A DNA stretch of 64,000 nt from Nymphaea colorata. Its lineage: Eukaryota. The notes under the pieces were generated by a model. That model was not told the origin of the DNA, searched no databases, and worked only from the letters and a program-made list of their open reading frames with translations. The translations under genes were made by a program, and so were the position numbers. Location: positions 39,866,001-39,930,000 of the forward strand of contig NC_045138.2 in the NCBI RefSeq assembly GCF_008831285.2. Reading direction: 5' to 3'. Each line of letters begins with the position of its first letter. Position 1 is the stretch's first letter. This document shows positions 1-13,100 of this stretch, in pieces.

Positions 1-261
1 CTTCTTTTTTAGAATGCATATTTGTTGTGTCACGTAACGGGTACTCATTAGGTAGGGTTGGATAAAGATTCAACTGTAATTTCAAAATTTTAACATAACA
101 TGAAATACAATATCCAAGTTAAATTAAAATATTTAAAATTTGCATGTAAAAGTTTGAATTTTTAGAAGCCCGTGAGTCCTATGTGCATGCGTGTTTGTAT
201 GCCTTTTGCTAATTATGAAAACCAACAACTGATTAAAGTGAATTTATCGGCGTTTGTGTAG

Positions 262-568
262 CCCGTCAGAATGGAACGGCACAAGTAAGAAAGCATGCGC
301 AGGCGAAACCCAGCCAGTGGAAGGTTCAACTTATCCGGCTGGGCGCCCTCCCTTGCAGCTGGTGGTGGACGGCGTCCTTGCCGGCATGACTAAGCCGGCC
401 GTTTCTCTCCTGGACATAACGGCCCTAACTCAGCTCCGCAAAGATGGCCACCCCTCCGTCTACAACGAGGACCGTAACGCAGGTGCCGTTGACTGTTCTC
501 ACTACTGTTTGGCCGGCGTTCCGGATGCTTGGAACCAGCTCGTCTATGCTTCCTTATTCTCTTCCTGA
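262..568 (+). CDS. Last exon of TBL (trichome birefringence-like, PC-esterase) O-acetyltransferase, copy 1; rest of gene lies upstream of the window
   Basis: Acceptor tgtgtAG at 260-261; encodes [17 protein letters not shown]...DCSHYCLAGVPDAWNQL with TGA at 566-568; closely matches 6276-6579. Confidence 0.92.
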
Positions 569-1147
569 TCAATTTGCGAGATTAAGAACTGTCCCATCAA
601 CGAATTAATGAAACAAAGATCATCGTGAGAAACCTGTTTTTTACAACAGTGGAATAAATCGTTAGGCAACCTAATCTTAACTATGAGATCAAAGATGACC
701 AATACTCATTTAATTTGCTCAACGCCAAGGGTTAGTGGAACTGCACTGGTGCCTGGACGAAGAGAATCGGCACCTTTTTGTTTTCCTTTTTCCCTTTTCT
801 GCTCTACAAGAACTTGAAATTTTGCAATTATCACGAGATTATACAAGGAAATCATATAAGTTGGGTATTGAATTCTTAGAGATGACGCGAGGGAATCTCA
901 AATCCCAGTTCGTTTTTTTACGATCCATTGTTTAAACAAATAGTAGACCACCTTAATGGCTTAGAACGTGGAAAAACCTCACAACTCCTATTGAGTAGAA
1001 AACGCTCCTCAATGCCTTCTCAAGAAGAAGACTCTTTTATATGTTTGATGGCATCAAGTAGGCAGCTGAAAGTTTAACAAAAAATAAAAGTATTTTATCA
1101 AAAGGGAAGGGCTGCTTTGGGACGTAAGTGGACTCGTGGTGCACTTA

Positions 1148-1335
1148 GAGGCGGAGCTAGAAATATTTTTTTCTATAGGCACTAAGCATATAATTAACAA
1201 AATTTCATTTGGCTATGGAAAAGTGACCTGGGTTTATAGGGTTGTGCTATATAATTAAACTCAAATTTAACCACTAATTTAAGCTTGTAGAGAATGAGTT
1301 CCATGGGCCAGCCCCCACCTATCTACCCCTCCGGG
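1148..1335. mobile_element. Non-autonomous DNA element (MITE-like, GGCGGAGCYAG-start family)
   Basis: gaggcggagctagaaatatttttt...ggcactaagcatataattaacaaaattt...agtgacctg recurs at 12964-13100; related starts at ~43954 and ~44603. Confidence 0.55.
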
Positions 1336-3415
1336 TATATTAATCAACTAGAGTATCACTTCATTTGCAATTCAAAAAATTGAATTGATGATAGGACTCT
1401 CACCAGGCTGACATCCTAACCTCGTTTGGGAAATTAATGAAAAAATCAGACATTTTCACTGAAAGAAGCATTACATGAATATCACTCATAAAAGGTTCTT
1501 TTGGCACAATCTAGGCTAATTTTGACATGATCTGAACATGCATTGATCAACCTCAAACATGGCAATATCCGATGGACATTCAAACGAGTTGGGGATGCAA
1601 AACGTCATAAGGACACTGATCCACCAGACCCAACCAAATGAGAACCTCATGGATCCAGGCACAAACTGATACAACCGATCCAGGAACCAATAAGATAAGA
1701 TCTGTATTTTCCACGCAACTTCCTTGGATCATTGTTGGTATTAATTTAGACCCAGCGTAGTAGCAGTCGCAGACCCAAAGATTCATATTGGTAAGATCCA
1801 GACAATCAAGTGCTTAAATCACGACTGAAAGAATTTGGGAAAAACATCTATTGATGTGGATCTTCTAATCTATTTGTGGTATCTTGTATCACTAGATGGG
1901 TTTATGACCGAAGGTAAATCATAGCTCATTGGATCTGACAGTAATGGTATGGGCACAGTTCAAATCTATTACCCATTTTTCCATTAGAAATTGGACTATG
2001 AACGATGATGGCCGTATCGGCCATTGCTTCATACGTTGCTATTTTGGCACGTCTGCTGTGCATCCCTTACCTAAGTGCGTGTAATTTGTTTATCCGGTTG
2101 TTGGATCCAATTTTTTGTTGTACATCCTCTTTAAATTTTTTATAGCAATAAAGGTCGGGAGCTTACGTTTGCTTGAATCTTCTTCTCTTATTCTTTCTCT
2201 TTATTAATTCCTTTTCATGATTCACAATGATAATACCACTACCATCGTAATGATGCATGGTCCATCTATTTCACCAAACTCTCACAATGGAATCCAGATA
2301 AAGAAAGAGAAACTTTTGTATGATAAATATATAAATTATCACCACTATCTCAAATCTGTTATGTCCTGCCGAAGAGAAATTAAAAGAATAGTTGAGAAAA
2401 TGGCAGCTTAGGATTGAACAAACAAGTTTGAAAGGGGCCGTTAGGCAATGAAAGCATATTAGTGCAGATGTTTCCTAGTATTTCATGAATCTAAATTGAA
2501 GCAGATTCATGAAACAACAACAAAGCCCCCAAATCGATGCAGACTTACTGCATTCTATAAACGGAAAATGCAACCACTGCTGGAAAATGGTCTACAGCAA
2601 GGAGCTGATTGACCCCACAATGAAATTTAAAATTGGAAAAAGTTTTGTTGCCGCTAAAGAGGATCATCATAAGGGAATTGTTAAATGTAAAAAACCGTAT
2701 TGGCATTGCTGCGTTGCCTTGCCTTTCAATCTTATGCATTGAAAATTAATTTTGATTAGTTTAGAAAACGAGAAGCTTTAGAAAACTACAAACGTGTATT
2801 GGCTTAGTATTGTATCGCCTGATTATTCTTGGATGACTGAGCAGATCATATGGGAAGTTCTATTGGTCTGTGTCGCATGCCCAAATATATATCTTCTTAA
2901 ATATGATAGGTAGAGGGCCGAATTAAAGTTTTTAAATTTTGACCAAAAAGAAAATATCATTTTTTGAAAGCTCCTTTTCTTTTTTTTTTTTAAAAAAAAG
3001 GTTTAGAACTGTTTCGGATGAGGTACGGAATGAAACACCTATCAATTAAGCAGGGTGAATAACCTCCACAAGAATCAAACAACACCTAAATTTGGCTGAA
3101 TTTCCAGTACTTTACTTAGGTTAAGTATTAGACCTAAATCTCACAGTTATATGAGTAGTCAAATTTCCTTATCTTTATTCTGGTGACATTTGCACTCAGC
3201 GTGAATGTAAGAATCGGTTTTGTTTTCATAAACTGCACCTCTTTATTTCAGATCGGACGTTTCCCTTAGATTTAAAACTTGTTGCTGTTTTCGAGTCCAG
3301 CATACACTCTACCTTGCCTTCATTAGCATCATCCTTGACACGAGATAGATTGAGACGACGATCTTCTGCACTTTTTTTCGTTCCTCAACCCCTGAGAAAA
3401 AGCTAAGGCTGAAAG

Positions 3416-6400
3416 ATGGGTTTTTTGGGAGCCTTGTTCTCTTCTTCCTACTATGTCAACATGATTTTGCTCTTCCTTCTCTTCCTCAATGGCGAATCTC
3501 TAGGGATCTCCCCACATTGTTTGAGAGACGAGGACCAAACAGTAGCACCAAGCTGTAACATTTTCCAGGGAAGTTGGGTCTTCGACGATTCATACCCTCT
3601 CTACGATTCATCAAAGTGTTTGTTTTTAGACCGTGGGTTTGATTGCCTCAAGAATGGCAGACCTGATCATACATATCTCAAATATAGATGGCAACCACTT
3701 GGCTGTGACCTCCCCAAGTGACGCTCTGCTTCTCTTTCTCTTCCTTTATTATTCGATCTTTGTCTTTGTTACTTGATTTTAATAGTTCAAAGCCGGGATC
3801 GGAATCCCGCCTTCACATGTTTTATCTTACATCTTTGGAACTGTTTGAGCTAAAATGCATATGGGGATAATATATAGTAAATTGGTGCTGGTCATGAAGT
3901 GTGTTTGTGATCTGTGGTGCAGATTTGATGCGACAAAATTTCTCTCGCAGTTGAGAGGAAAGAAGATGATGTTCGTTGGCGACTCTCTTGGGCACAACCA
4001 ATGGACATCACTCATGTGCATGCTCACAGCAGGGGTGCCAAGTCCCAGGACCCAGTTTGTACGAGGAAATCCAATGGCAAAGTTGACATTCCTGGTAAGT
4101 CGATGAATTCAAGGCAGGAGAAAAGCAAATTTGATCCCATTATTTTGTCACACCGAGTTGGGCATCAAGTCATAGCAGGCTATTCTTAATATGTGATTTG
4201 AGAAAAAGAATGCAAGTATATATCTTTCCATGAGAAAAATACTGAATCTGGGATTTGCCACTAAGAAAAGGTATTAGTGAGTTTGCCATGTACTTGTATG
4301 AAAGAGGAGCTGATGAGGAAGTTGAATAATTTTTCAGGATTATGATTTCTCATTGATGTTCTATTGGGCTGCCTATCTGGTGGACATCGTAGCAGAGAGC
4401 GACGGAAGAATCCTGAAACTAGACTCCATTAGTCAACACGGCCAATCCTGGAAAGGCATCGACATTTTGGTCTTTGATTCACAGCGTTGGTGGGAAGCGC
4501 ACAGAACCCCAAGTGAACAAGGGTCATGTCTCATTCCCTCTCTCTCTTAACTGGAACTGCATCAGTCACACTTCTTCTAACGCTTCGTGTGAGAGAACTT
4601 GAAGAAACTTAGTTATACAATCAAGAGTGGTAACCTTTCATCAATTATATTTAGTTGTAGTTTTTCGACTTGAACACAAGTAATGAACTAAGAGGTAAGT
4701 TAAAATTCACCACGCCAGAAATTTGGAACCAGTTGCGGGCTCAAGGTTTTTACGTGCACATGGATTTATATAATGTAATTTTTCATGAACCTTCAATTAA
4801 CTCGAGCAAGTTTCCTAAGCTTTGGCGTCGTCTAATTGTTCAGATGGGACTACATGGAGGTGGGGGGTCGGTTATTCAGAGATATGAACCGATCGGTTGC
4901 CTACGAGATTGCACTGAAGACATGGGCAGAGTGGGTAGAGTCGGACGTAGATCCGGAGACGACGAAGGTGTTTTTCCAAGGCATGCCTGCTCACCATCTC
5001 AAGTAAGAAGCCACCGCCTTTTTCTTCCTCTCTTTCGTGGTGTTTTAGAGAACCAGTTTATATGTTCGGCTGGCCGGAACACAGGTTCCGGCAATCCAGT
5101 ACGACGCGGGCCCTCGAAAGTGAGGTGCGTCGATCAATGGGCCGCTGTAGCATATAAAGAGATCTTCCGGGCGAGGGTGAACTCGGCGATCCAATTGCCA
5201 ATCACCCTTGTAAGCCGGTCGGGGGAGCGAAAAGGGGGGGCCGGCAGGGGCCATGGCATCCGCCGTCTCTTCTGAAAACTTAAATTTTAATATTAATTTT
5301 CTGAAACTTTTAGTTTGGCGTTCTATAAGTTTTAAACAAGCAGGAATCGGAGCCTGTTAAAACTTTTCAAAAATTTTATTTGGTGGTGGCATGACGGATC
5401 GACTCTTTAAAAATAGGGTGATTGAGAGGGCCTGAAATGACTCAACCAAAGGTGGGTGAAGCAGACAATTCTAGTGTAACTAGTTATAAAATTTTAAAGG
5501 GCACTAATATTTAAATGAGAAAAATTAACAGGAAGTATCAAATGATAGTGAGCAATTTTTTTATGGAAGTGTGTGGGCAATTGACCATGTCCACACCTGG
5601 CTCTGACCTTAAACGTTTTTTTAAGGGTCTTCCCATGGTTTGCCCCTGCACATGCTCAGTTCACGTGCACACTCGACAATCACACACTAGATTAAATTTC
5701 TCCAACAATTCTACATGATATTTAATATATGATCTTCATCCAGTATACGAAGGGGCTGTTAATTGGCATTAGGAATATCATGTGAATGTTTCATCAATGT
5801 GCTGCCTTAAAAGTTGGGTTAGATTCCTCATATGTGTTTTATGAATCTACTCCAATTCTACAGCATATTCATAAAATCTTAGCGTGTTTTTCACCAAGCG
5901 CTCTTAATACTTTATTTGCTGTTTTCACAAATCTAGCTGGGGATATATAGATTACACATACTTAAAAAGGAGGATGAGAAGAGATCAAGATCTTATAAAA
6001 GTCGAGGCCCAACAATTTTCATTTTGCTTGGGCCAGTAAAATCAGATCTGTACTCAACAAAGAATACAATTGTTTCTTCATTTATTGATTTGTGAATGTT
6101 GCTAGAAATATGAGGACATTGGATATATGGTCTTGTCTGTAGTTACGTATTCAATACCTACTTTCGCGAGCATGTGTATGCGCACACAATATCTAGTTGT
6201 GTGCATGTGCATGTGCGTGTTGTTTACAAATACCAGGAAGCTGACCAGGTGGATGTGCTCTGTTGGTTTGTGTAGCGCTGCAGAATGGAACGGCACAGGC
6301 AGGCACGGGTGCGAAGGTGAAACCCAGCCAGTGGAAGGTTCAACCTATCCGGCTGGGCGCCCTGCCTTCCAGCTGGTGCTGGACCGCGTCCTCGCCGGCA

Positions 6401-6579
6401 TGACTAGGCCGGTGTCTCTCCTGGACATAACGACCCTAACTCAGCTCCGGAAAGACGGCCACCCTTCTATCTACAACAAGGACCGCGCTACAGGAGCCGT
6501 CGACTGTTCTCACTACTGCGTGGCCGGCGTTCCTGATGTTTGGAACCAGCTCCTATATGCTTCCCTGTTTTCTTCCTAA
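3416..6579 (+). CDS. TBL O-acetyltransferase copy 2 (TBL37-43-like clade), 5 exons, 373 aa
   Basis: Exons 3416-3717, 3923-4094, 4338-4522, 4844-5002, 6276-6579, all GT-AG and phase-consistent (1122 nt). N-terminal hydrophobic anchor, [41 protein letters not shown]. Confidence 0.93.
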
Positions 6580-7674
6580 TGATCAATTGAACTTCACTAA
6601 GTATAGAAAATGCGTGAGATGATGGCATTGTTATCACTCTCCCTCATGTTCAGGTTCTCTTTATCCTTTATTGCTGAGGTAGAGTACTGCGAGGAGAAGG
6701 ATGTTCAACTTCTTTCATTCATTTTGTTTCGTGATTAACAATGATAATATATACCACTGCCGATGCATGGTTATGATCGACGGTCCAAGTATGTCAGAAA
6801 ATTCTTAAAGAGAAACTTCCACATCACTAAATTATCACCACTAGAAGCGTGTATTGCTTCCTGGCTAAGGCCACTAGAATCTAGATTTTCAATGCTAAGG
6901 GCAGTTTTTAATGAATCAAATTCATTCAAATATGTATTGTGCACCATCCACACATGACACTGGGTCCCCAGCATGGTGCACCTCCGTGCACATATCCACC
7001 TCTCATCTTGTTCACATACATGCACCAGGATCAGCATTTTTACCTCGAATTCAGACTAACTGGAGTCTGATCTACATGGCTCATCCCCCATATCACCCAC
7101 CCATGGGCGATGGGACAATCGATCCGATTACTTGCAAAACAGGAATTGCCTAAAACCATGGTCTATTCAGCTAAGCTCTTGGCCCCTCTGGTGTGTGAAG
7201 GGGTTGAAGTTGAACGGCAGACCGGTCTAAGTTGTGATCCGATCACTTCAATTCTAAATGCGGTTGTACTAAAAATAAGCTCGGATCAGTTAAAAATAGA
7301 GTCTTAAATCCAAGCAGCTAGAAATGCAGCTTCACATGCGTTGGAATTACCATTTGTCAGTCGAGTTAAGATTTGGACTCGGATTTACATGCGTGCAAGA
7401 TCCCATAATATCATCGAGCGCCATCAACGTCCTATCTTGGACAAGCTTTTGAAAGGAAGCATATAAACGAAGCAAGGCAATTTGTCTCAAGCCAAAGTTT
7501 AGGATGCAATCTTCTGCACTTGAATGCGCCATTTCTCACCAAATTTGCTGTCAGAAAGAAACTGAAACCCTCCTCGGTCTTGGCCTCTCAACCTCCGACA
7601 TGAATGCCGGTGGGAAGATGGGTTTCCTGGAAACTTTGCTCCGTTCCAATGACTACAGCAGCATGATTTTGCTC

Positions 7675-8000
7675 TATTGTTTTTTTGCCGACGGCTTTAG
7701 CCGTTGGCAAAGACCCCCATAGGCAGTTGGAAATTGATATTCCAACGGCTTTGGGCCGTTGGTTAAAGTTACGTGGGGAAAAGATTTCCCTATCGCTAAG
7801 ACCGTTGCATGAATGTTAGAAATTCTTTGACACTTCCCAATGGTCAAAGCCGTTGGGAATTCGTGTAACTCCCAACAATTCAAATATTTCCTACCTGGTT
7901 GTCGATGCCCAATCATTAGAAATATACGAATTACACAAACACAACAATTTACGAATTACCAACATACATAAAAGTTAGAATTTCAGGATAATCTGCATTT

Positions 8001-8035
<35 letters not shown>

Positions 8036-8449
8036 ATATATATATATATATATGAGAGTGAGAGAGAGAGAGATTATAAATTTATTGACACGTATAAATG
8101 AACCTTGTCTATTATATGTAAAGTTTATATAACCACAACGCACAACAGAAACTCAATATTTTTTTTGTAAAAAAAAGCCTTATTTTCCTTATGAATAAAA
8201 CTGACTGAAAATAAATATAAGTGCCTTTAATCTCCAATACTGGTTGTCCCCTACCCTTCACTCTCCAATGGACTCGTTCGACTCCTCACTTCAACACTTT
8301 CAAAGCAGCATGTGAACCTTTAAATGTGCAGACCGAAAAATGAAATCACTGCAAACATTAACAGCACCTTCAAGACAAACTTGGAGTCAGGTTGCAACTT
8401 TGTTCATACACATATGAGGCAATCACAGAGAGAGAGAGAGACACACACA

Positions 8450-8523
<74 letters not shown>

Positions 8524-9000
8524 ATTCCCTAATGGGGACTAAGTAAAAGCAGAACAATGAGAAAGTAGAGAAGGGGGAGGTCACTCAAAAGGTAGCCGAT
8601 GAATAAGGGGATGCAACACGGCAGTGAATCAAGGAAAAAAAAAAAAAGAATCCTTTGCAGCCACAATCTTCTTCCAGACGCCCTTATTTTCTCATCTGAC
8701 AGAGCAGAACAAAGGCGTCAACAGGGGGTGAGAGGGAAGGAGGGAGAGAGACAAAGAGAGATAGAGAGAAACAGAGTACCTGTAGACCATGGAGATGGGC
8801 TGGCATATGCTCTGCTCCTAATCTGAGGAGGCATGTGCCACTGCGTTGAGAGGGAGAGAGGGAGGAACATGATTTTAACAAACCGTCGATGGGCAAACTT
8901 AAAAAGATGGGTAAATGCCAACGGACCAGGTCGTCTCGATTTTTCCTTCAAGCTGCCAACGTCCTCAACTCTGTCGACGTTGCTCCGATTTGTTGTAGTG
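7675..9000. mobile_element. Non-autonomous CACTA-like element, left TIR missing
   Basis: Right end ...ttgttgTAGTG at 9000 (reverse complement CACTACAACAA); subterminal ccRacgg/ccgttgg repeats at 7688-7860 and 8880-8980; interrupts TBL exon 1. Confidence 0.7.
8426..8519. repeat. Compound (GA)n(CA)n(GA)n microsatellite; a (CT)/(TA)/(GA) tract also lies at ~8003-8072
   Basis: Directly visible. Confidence 0.95.
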
Positions 9001-12000
9001 TCATCCGATCTTCCCGCAAAGTTTAACAGAGATGGATCAAGCGGCAAGCCGTAACATTTTCTCGGGAAGTTCGGTCCTGGACGATTCATGCCCTCTCCAT
9101 GATTCTTCAAAGTGTTTGTTTTTAGTCCCCGCGTTTGATTGCCTCAAGAATGGCAGACCTGATCATGAGTATCTCAAATATAGATGCCAACCACTTGGTT
9201 GTGACTTGTGACCTCCCCAAGTAAAGCTCTTCTTCTCTTCATTTTTCCCTCTGTATCTCGTTGTTACTTGACGATGAATGGCTGCAGAAATCCGGGATCG
9301 GAATCTCGTCAACGCTCTTGTTAATTTTATCTTCGGAACTCCTTGAATTAAAATGCACAAGGGGTTGAACGGCAATTCATGGTGCTCGATTTTTAAGACA
9401 AGCCAGAAATTTTTTATGAGATGGCCTGAATTAAAGTTTTTGGTTAAGGTTGAAATATTATTTTTCAAAATTTTTATATATAAGAAATGAAATTTTTTAA
9501 GATATGCATATATGAATGACATCGAATCCAAAATCTTCTTTTTACAGTTTTCTTTTTTTTTTCTCTATATATATTTTTTTTTGCATTAATCATGGACAAT
9601 TTTTTATCATTATTAAAATAATACTTGAAATATAATACACAAAAGAAACATGTATAACCAGCTTCAATTCAATTCAGGCCAAATTTTGAAAAGGCATCGA
9701 CGTTTTGGTTTTTAATGCAACCCATTGGTAAGAACACAAAGGCCCACAGGAAGAAGGGTTACATGAACCCTCCCTCCTCCTCTCGTAAGTGCACGTAACT
9801 GAGTCACTCTCTCTTAAAGCTTAGTCTGATAGAAGTTAAAAGAAAGTCATATAGTGAGGAACGAGTTTGAACACATTATTTGAGGAGTTTACAAAACTTA
9901 GAACCCTCTTACGTATATATTTTTCTTCCGGTTGTAGCTTTCAGCTGAGTCCGATCATGCTAGAAACCAATACATGCCTGATATGATATACCAAGAATGA
10001 TATATTTGTGTCTATTTCATAAGTAGCGACTCTCCTAGTGGAACTTTTTGAGGACGTTAATGGAGCGAAATAGCTTGATGGTCCGTGATTTTGATGTTCA
10101 CATGGTCGGGACATCTCAGGAGTCAGATCACTTTCATCAAACAATAAGAGAGACAAAAATTTTGTATGATCAATATCACCTATTTAGATGTATGCGCCCA
10201 TGAATGTAGGTGGTATATATGCTAATTTCCTTTGCCATGGATTTCCATTAGAACAATAAATGAGTTGCAGTTGCCGCAGACCAAGTTGAATGTGGGTAGG
10301 ATTAATAGACATGGACCAGATACAGTTGGTACTCAGATCGACCTGTCAATTGTAGATTTGATCACAAACTTGGATCTTAAAGCATTGTTGATCAAATTCG
10401 TTCCTGGTAGATCGGACTACGTTCAATCTGGATTATCCAGATCTTGTTCAGTCAAGGATTATTTTTCAACAGCATCTGGTCCCGAAGTGGGGCATGTTAA
10501 TGTCAAAAGGCGTTCATTATGCAACTACGCATGCATTTACCAAAGCATTGCCATCATATTTATGTGGAATGAAGATCATAGTAATAGTTTTTATTATGCG
10601 AGGCATTATGCATTCATAGCGACGCACATGGAGGCAAAAAATGATCTTATGTTATGTCCATTTTCAGCGGTTACACCACAGTCCCCACAAAAATGTATTT
10701 CCTATTGTTCCTTAATCCAAAACAAGAGGAGACAAATCCATTACAGATGGGTTCCTTTTCAGCCTGTGAGTTGACAACACTGTCATAGCAATATCAGTGA
10801 GCTGTGGCCATTAAAACCTTGCTGTCCAGTTGATCTTCTAATGAAACTATATATATATATATAGAGAGAGAGACTGTTCTTACCACATATATTGTTTATT
10901 CCAGCCACCAAATATATTGGGTGCCATTAATTTCTTGTCGACGAGGGAAACCAGGCAGACTAAGTTGGTGTTTCAGGAGGTGCATTGCTCTGAGTAGAAC
11001 CAATCTCAATATCTCATTCCTTATGCTGGGTTTGGTTAGGTTTATTGTACAAAGGAAAAAGAACCCTGAATGTGAGGGAAGAAGATCAAGAAGAGAGACA
11101 TATCACATCTACGCTCTCCCGAAGAGAAGTTACATGGGTTGCATGCACCCACCTCGAAAGGGCCAACCCATTAATGTGCTGCTTGATTACTTCAAATTTT
11201 ACATTGATGGATCCGATGTGACATGCTTTCCCATCAAGATCCAAACTAAAAGGTTGATCAGTCGGGCTAGAAATCCAAATCAAAATAAGTTTTATCTTTT
11301 CTTCAACAAGTATAAAAATTAAGAACAAAAGCAGAACAGTTTTTGCCAATTTAACATGCTCAAACAACCTTCGTCTTCATCACTTTCTGTGAAACAATTC
11401 AACCTCAGCAGTGATGTTTCTACCTCATAGCAGCAAAACACAGAAATAGATTGCGTGAGTGGCAGTGACATATTTTGCCGTTCATGGCAAGCAAAGAAGG
11501 CAAGATTGAGGTGGTAGTTTTCATCCCCCTTAAATGCTAGAGAGGCAAGAGGGAACAAACAAATGGAAGAATTGATTGCTCAAGGGCCAGAAAACAAGGA
11601 CCAGGAGGTGCTCGTAGCAAACACCCTTCGCTCATTAATGGTGGCTTCTGCCACCAACCAACAATGCATCGCCTCTTATGGAGGCAACACACAACATGAT
11701 TCAACCAGCTTTTTATGTACAGTTGATTGGTAACATATGGAAAGGATCACAAGGCATTTGTCATGAACGATGTCAATTGTTAAACCCTAATGAACCATAA
11801 ACCAGTGGTAATGATCAGGTCAAACTGCCATATTGTTCAATCGACGCCTATCTCGATAATGATCTTAGGAAACGTTTGGTACCTTTGGAGAAAATATCCA
11901 AGGTGAAGTTTCTCTCGCCCCTAGTCTCGCCGGTGAAACCGTGGCTTGTAAACCCAATTTGGCCGAGTTGCTGCCGATTCGATGAATAGGTTGTGAATCG

Positions 12001-12963
12001 GCTAAAACTATTAAGAAGTATTTAGATATATTAAGAATAACTAAAAAAAATTACAATGAAAAAAATTGATTTTTTGTTGTTGTTGTTGTGTCGATGTATT
12101 GTTTAGATTTGGGTTCAGTTTCGTCATACTTGGATCGAACCCACAAAACTCAGCCCATTTTATTGCAGTTCGTTGGACCGTTTGGCCTGCCCCAGAAAAA
12201 AATCATCGCTCTACTCTTGCATGCATCAACTTGCTTTTACACACGTGTTTCACTGTCCCTTTGGGTATTACCAAGGCGATGGGATTAATCCTCCCGCTTA
12301 CTGGGAACTACAAATCAACATGTGATGCGACACTTTTGAATCGACCATATAATCAAATCTATTTGCCGCCGACTCATGCTGAAATTTGATTGAAAAACTT
12401 GATGCATTCAACGTCTAATTAGCTGGAAGCTGGGACTTTTTCTCCTGAACTTAGTTTTCTTTACCCGCGATGCTCTTCAAAATAATTTGTCCCATTTTCG
12501 TTTTTATGGCTATGAATATGAGACGTCCTTTGTTGATCCACGCGCACCAAATTATGCTTTTTCTTTTTCCTTTCTTTGGATTTGGTGCAAAAACAGACGT
12601 TTTATTGACCAACTTTAATTTGAAAGGTTCAGGCCGACCCACCTTCCGGTGTGGGGAGATAACCTTTACAGGAGACCTTGTGTATGATGCTTCTATTGCA
12701 CTCCAAATTCAGGGAACATTGCTAATATCATGATATGACACTTTGATGGTAGCGCAGCTAGGAAGCATTTTTGGCAAACAAAGTACTTGGGAGCTCGAAT
12801 TCAGTTTTGAACTATGAAAATCGCATTCATACAGCTAAAATTTTCAAAATATGAATTTCAAAATGTAATTGCAAAGCTTTGGTGCCATTATATTGGTGCG
12901 GGTCTTTTCCTTTTATCTCCGTTTTCAGATCCAATTATGTCTCTAAAATTTGATTCATGTGGG

Positions 12964-13100
12964 CAAGGGGGAGCCAGAATCTTTTTTCTTTTCTGTTTTT
13001 TTGTTTTACAGGGCACCAAGCATATAATTAACAAAATTTTAATTAGCCATAAAGCAGTGACCTGAGTCATATAATTCAACCAATAATTTAAGCTTTCTCA
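12964..13100. mobile_element. Second, partial copy of the MITE-like family at 1148
   Basis: gggggagccagaatc...ggcaccaagcatataattaacaaaatttt...agtgacctgag aligns with 1148-1290. Confidence 0.55.

Larger units (their letters stand above)
7618..9770 (+). pseudogene. TBL copy 3 pseudogene
   Basis: MGFLETLLRSNDYSSMILL at 7618 parallels the copy 2 start. Exon 1 resumes after 9000 (gtaacattttctcgggaagtt...aatggcagacctgatcat) with a 7-bp tgtgact duplication near 9200. Intron 1 homology runs to ~9380 and an exon 3 remnant (aaggcatcgacgttttgg) lies at ~9675-9770. Exons 2, 4 and 5 not seen. Confidence 0.85.

Noticed and set aside
6771..7037. 88-aa minus ORF that looks protein-like in part
   Set aside because: No family recognised and no supporting splice sites; would need BLASTX.
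10232..11900. ORFs 10232-10774 and 10921-11322, and a near-ORF from 11484
   Set aside because: No recognisable motifs or splice structure; the first overlaps GATC-rich repeat-like DNA and the last stops early.
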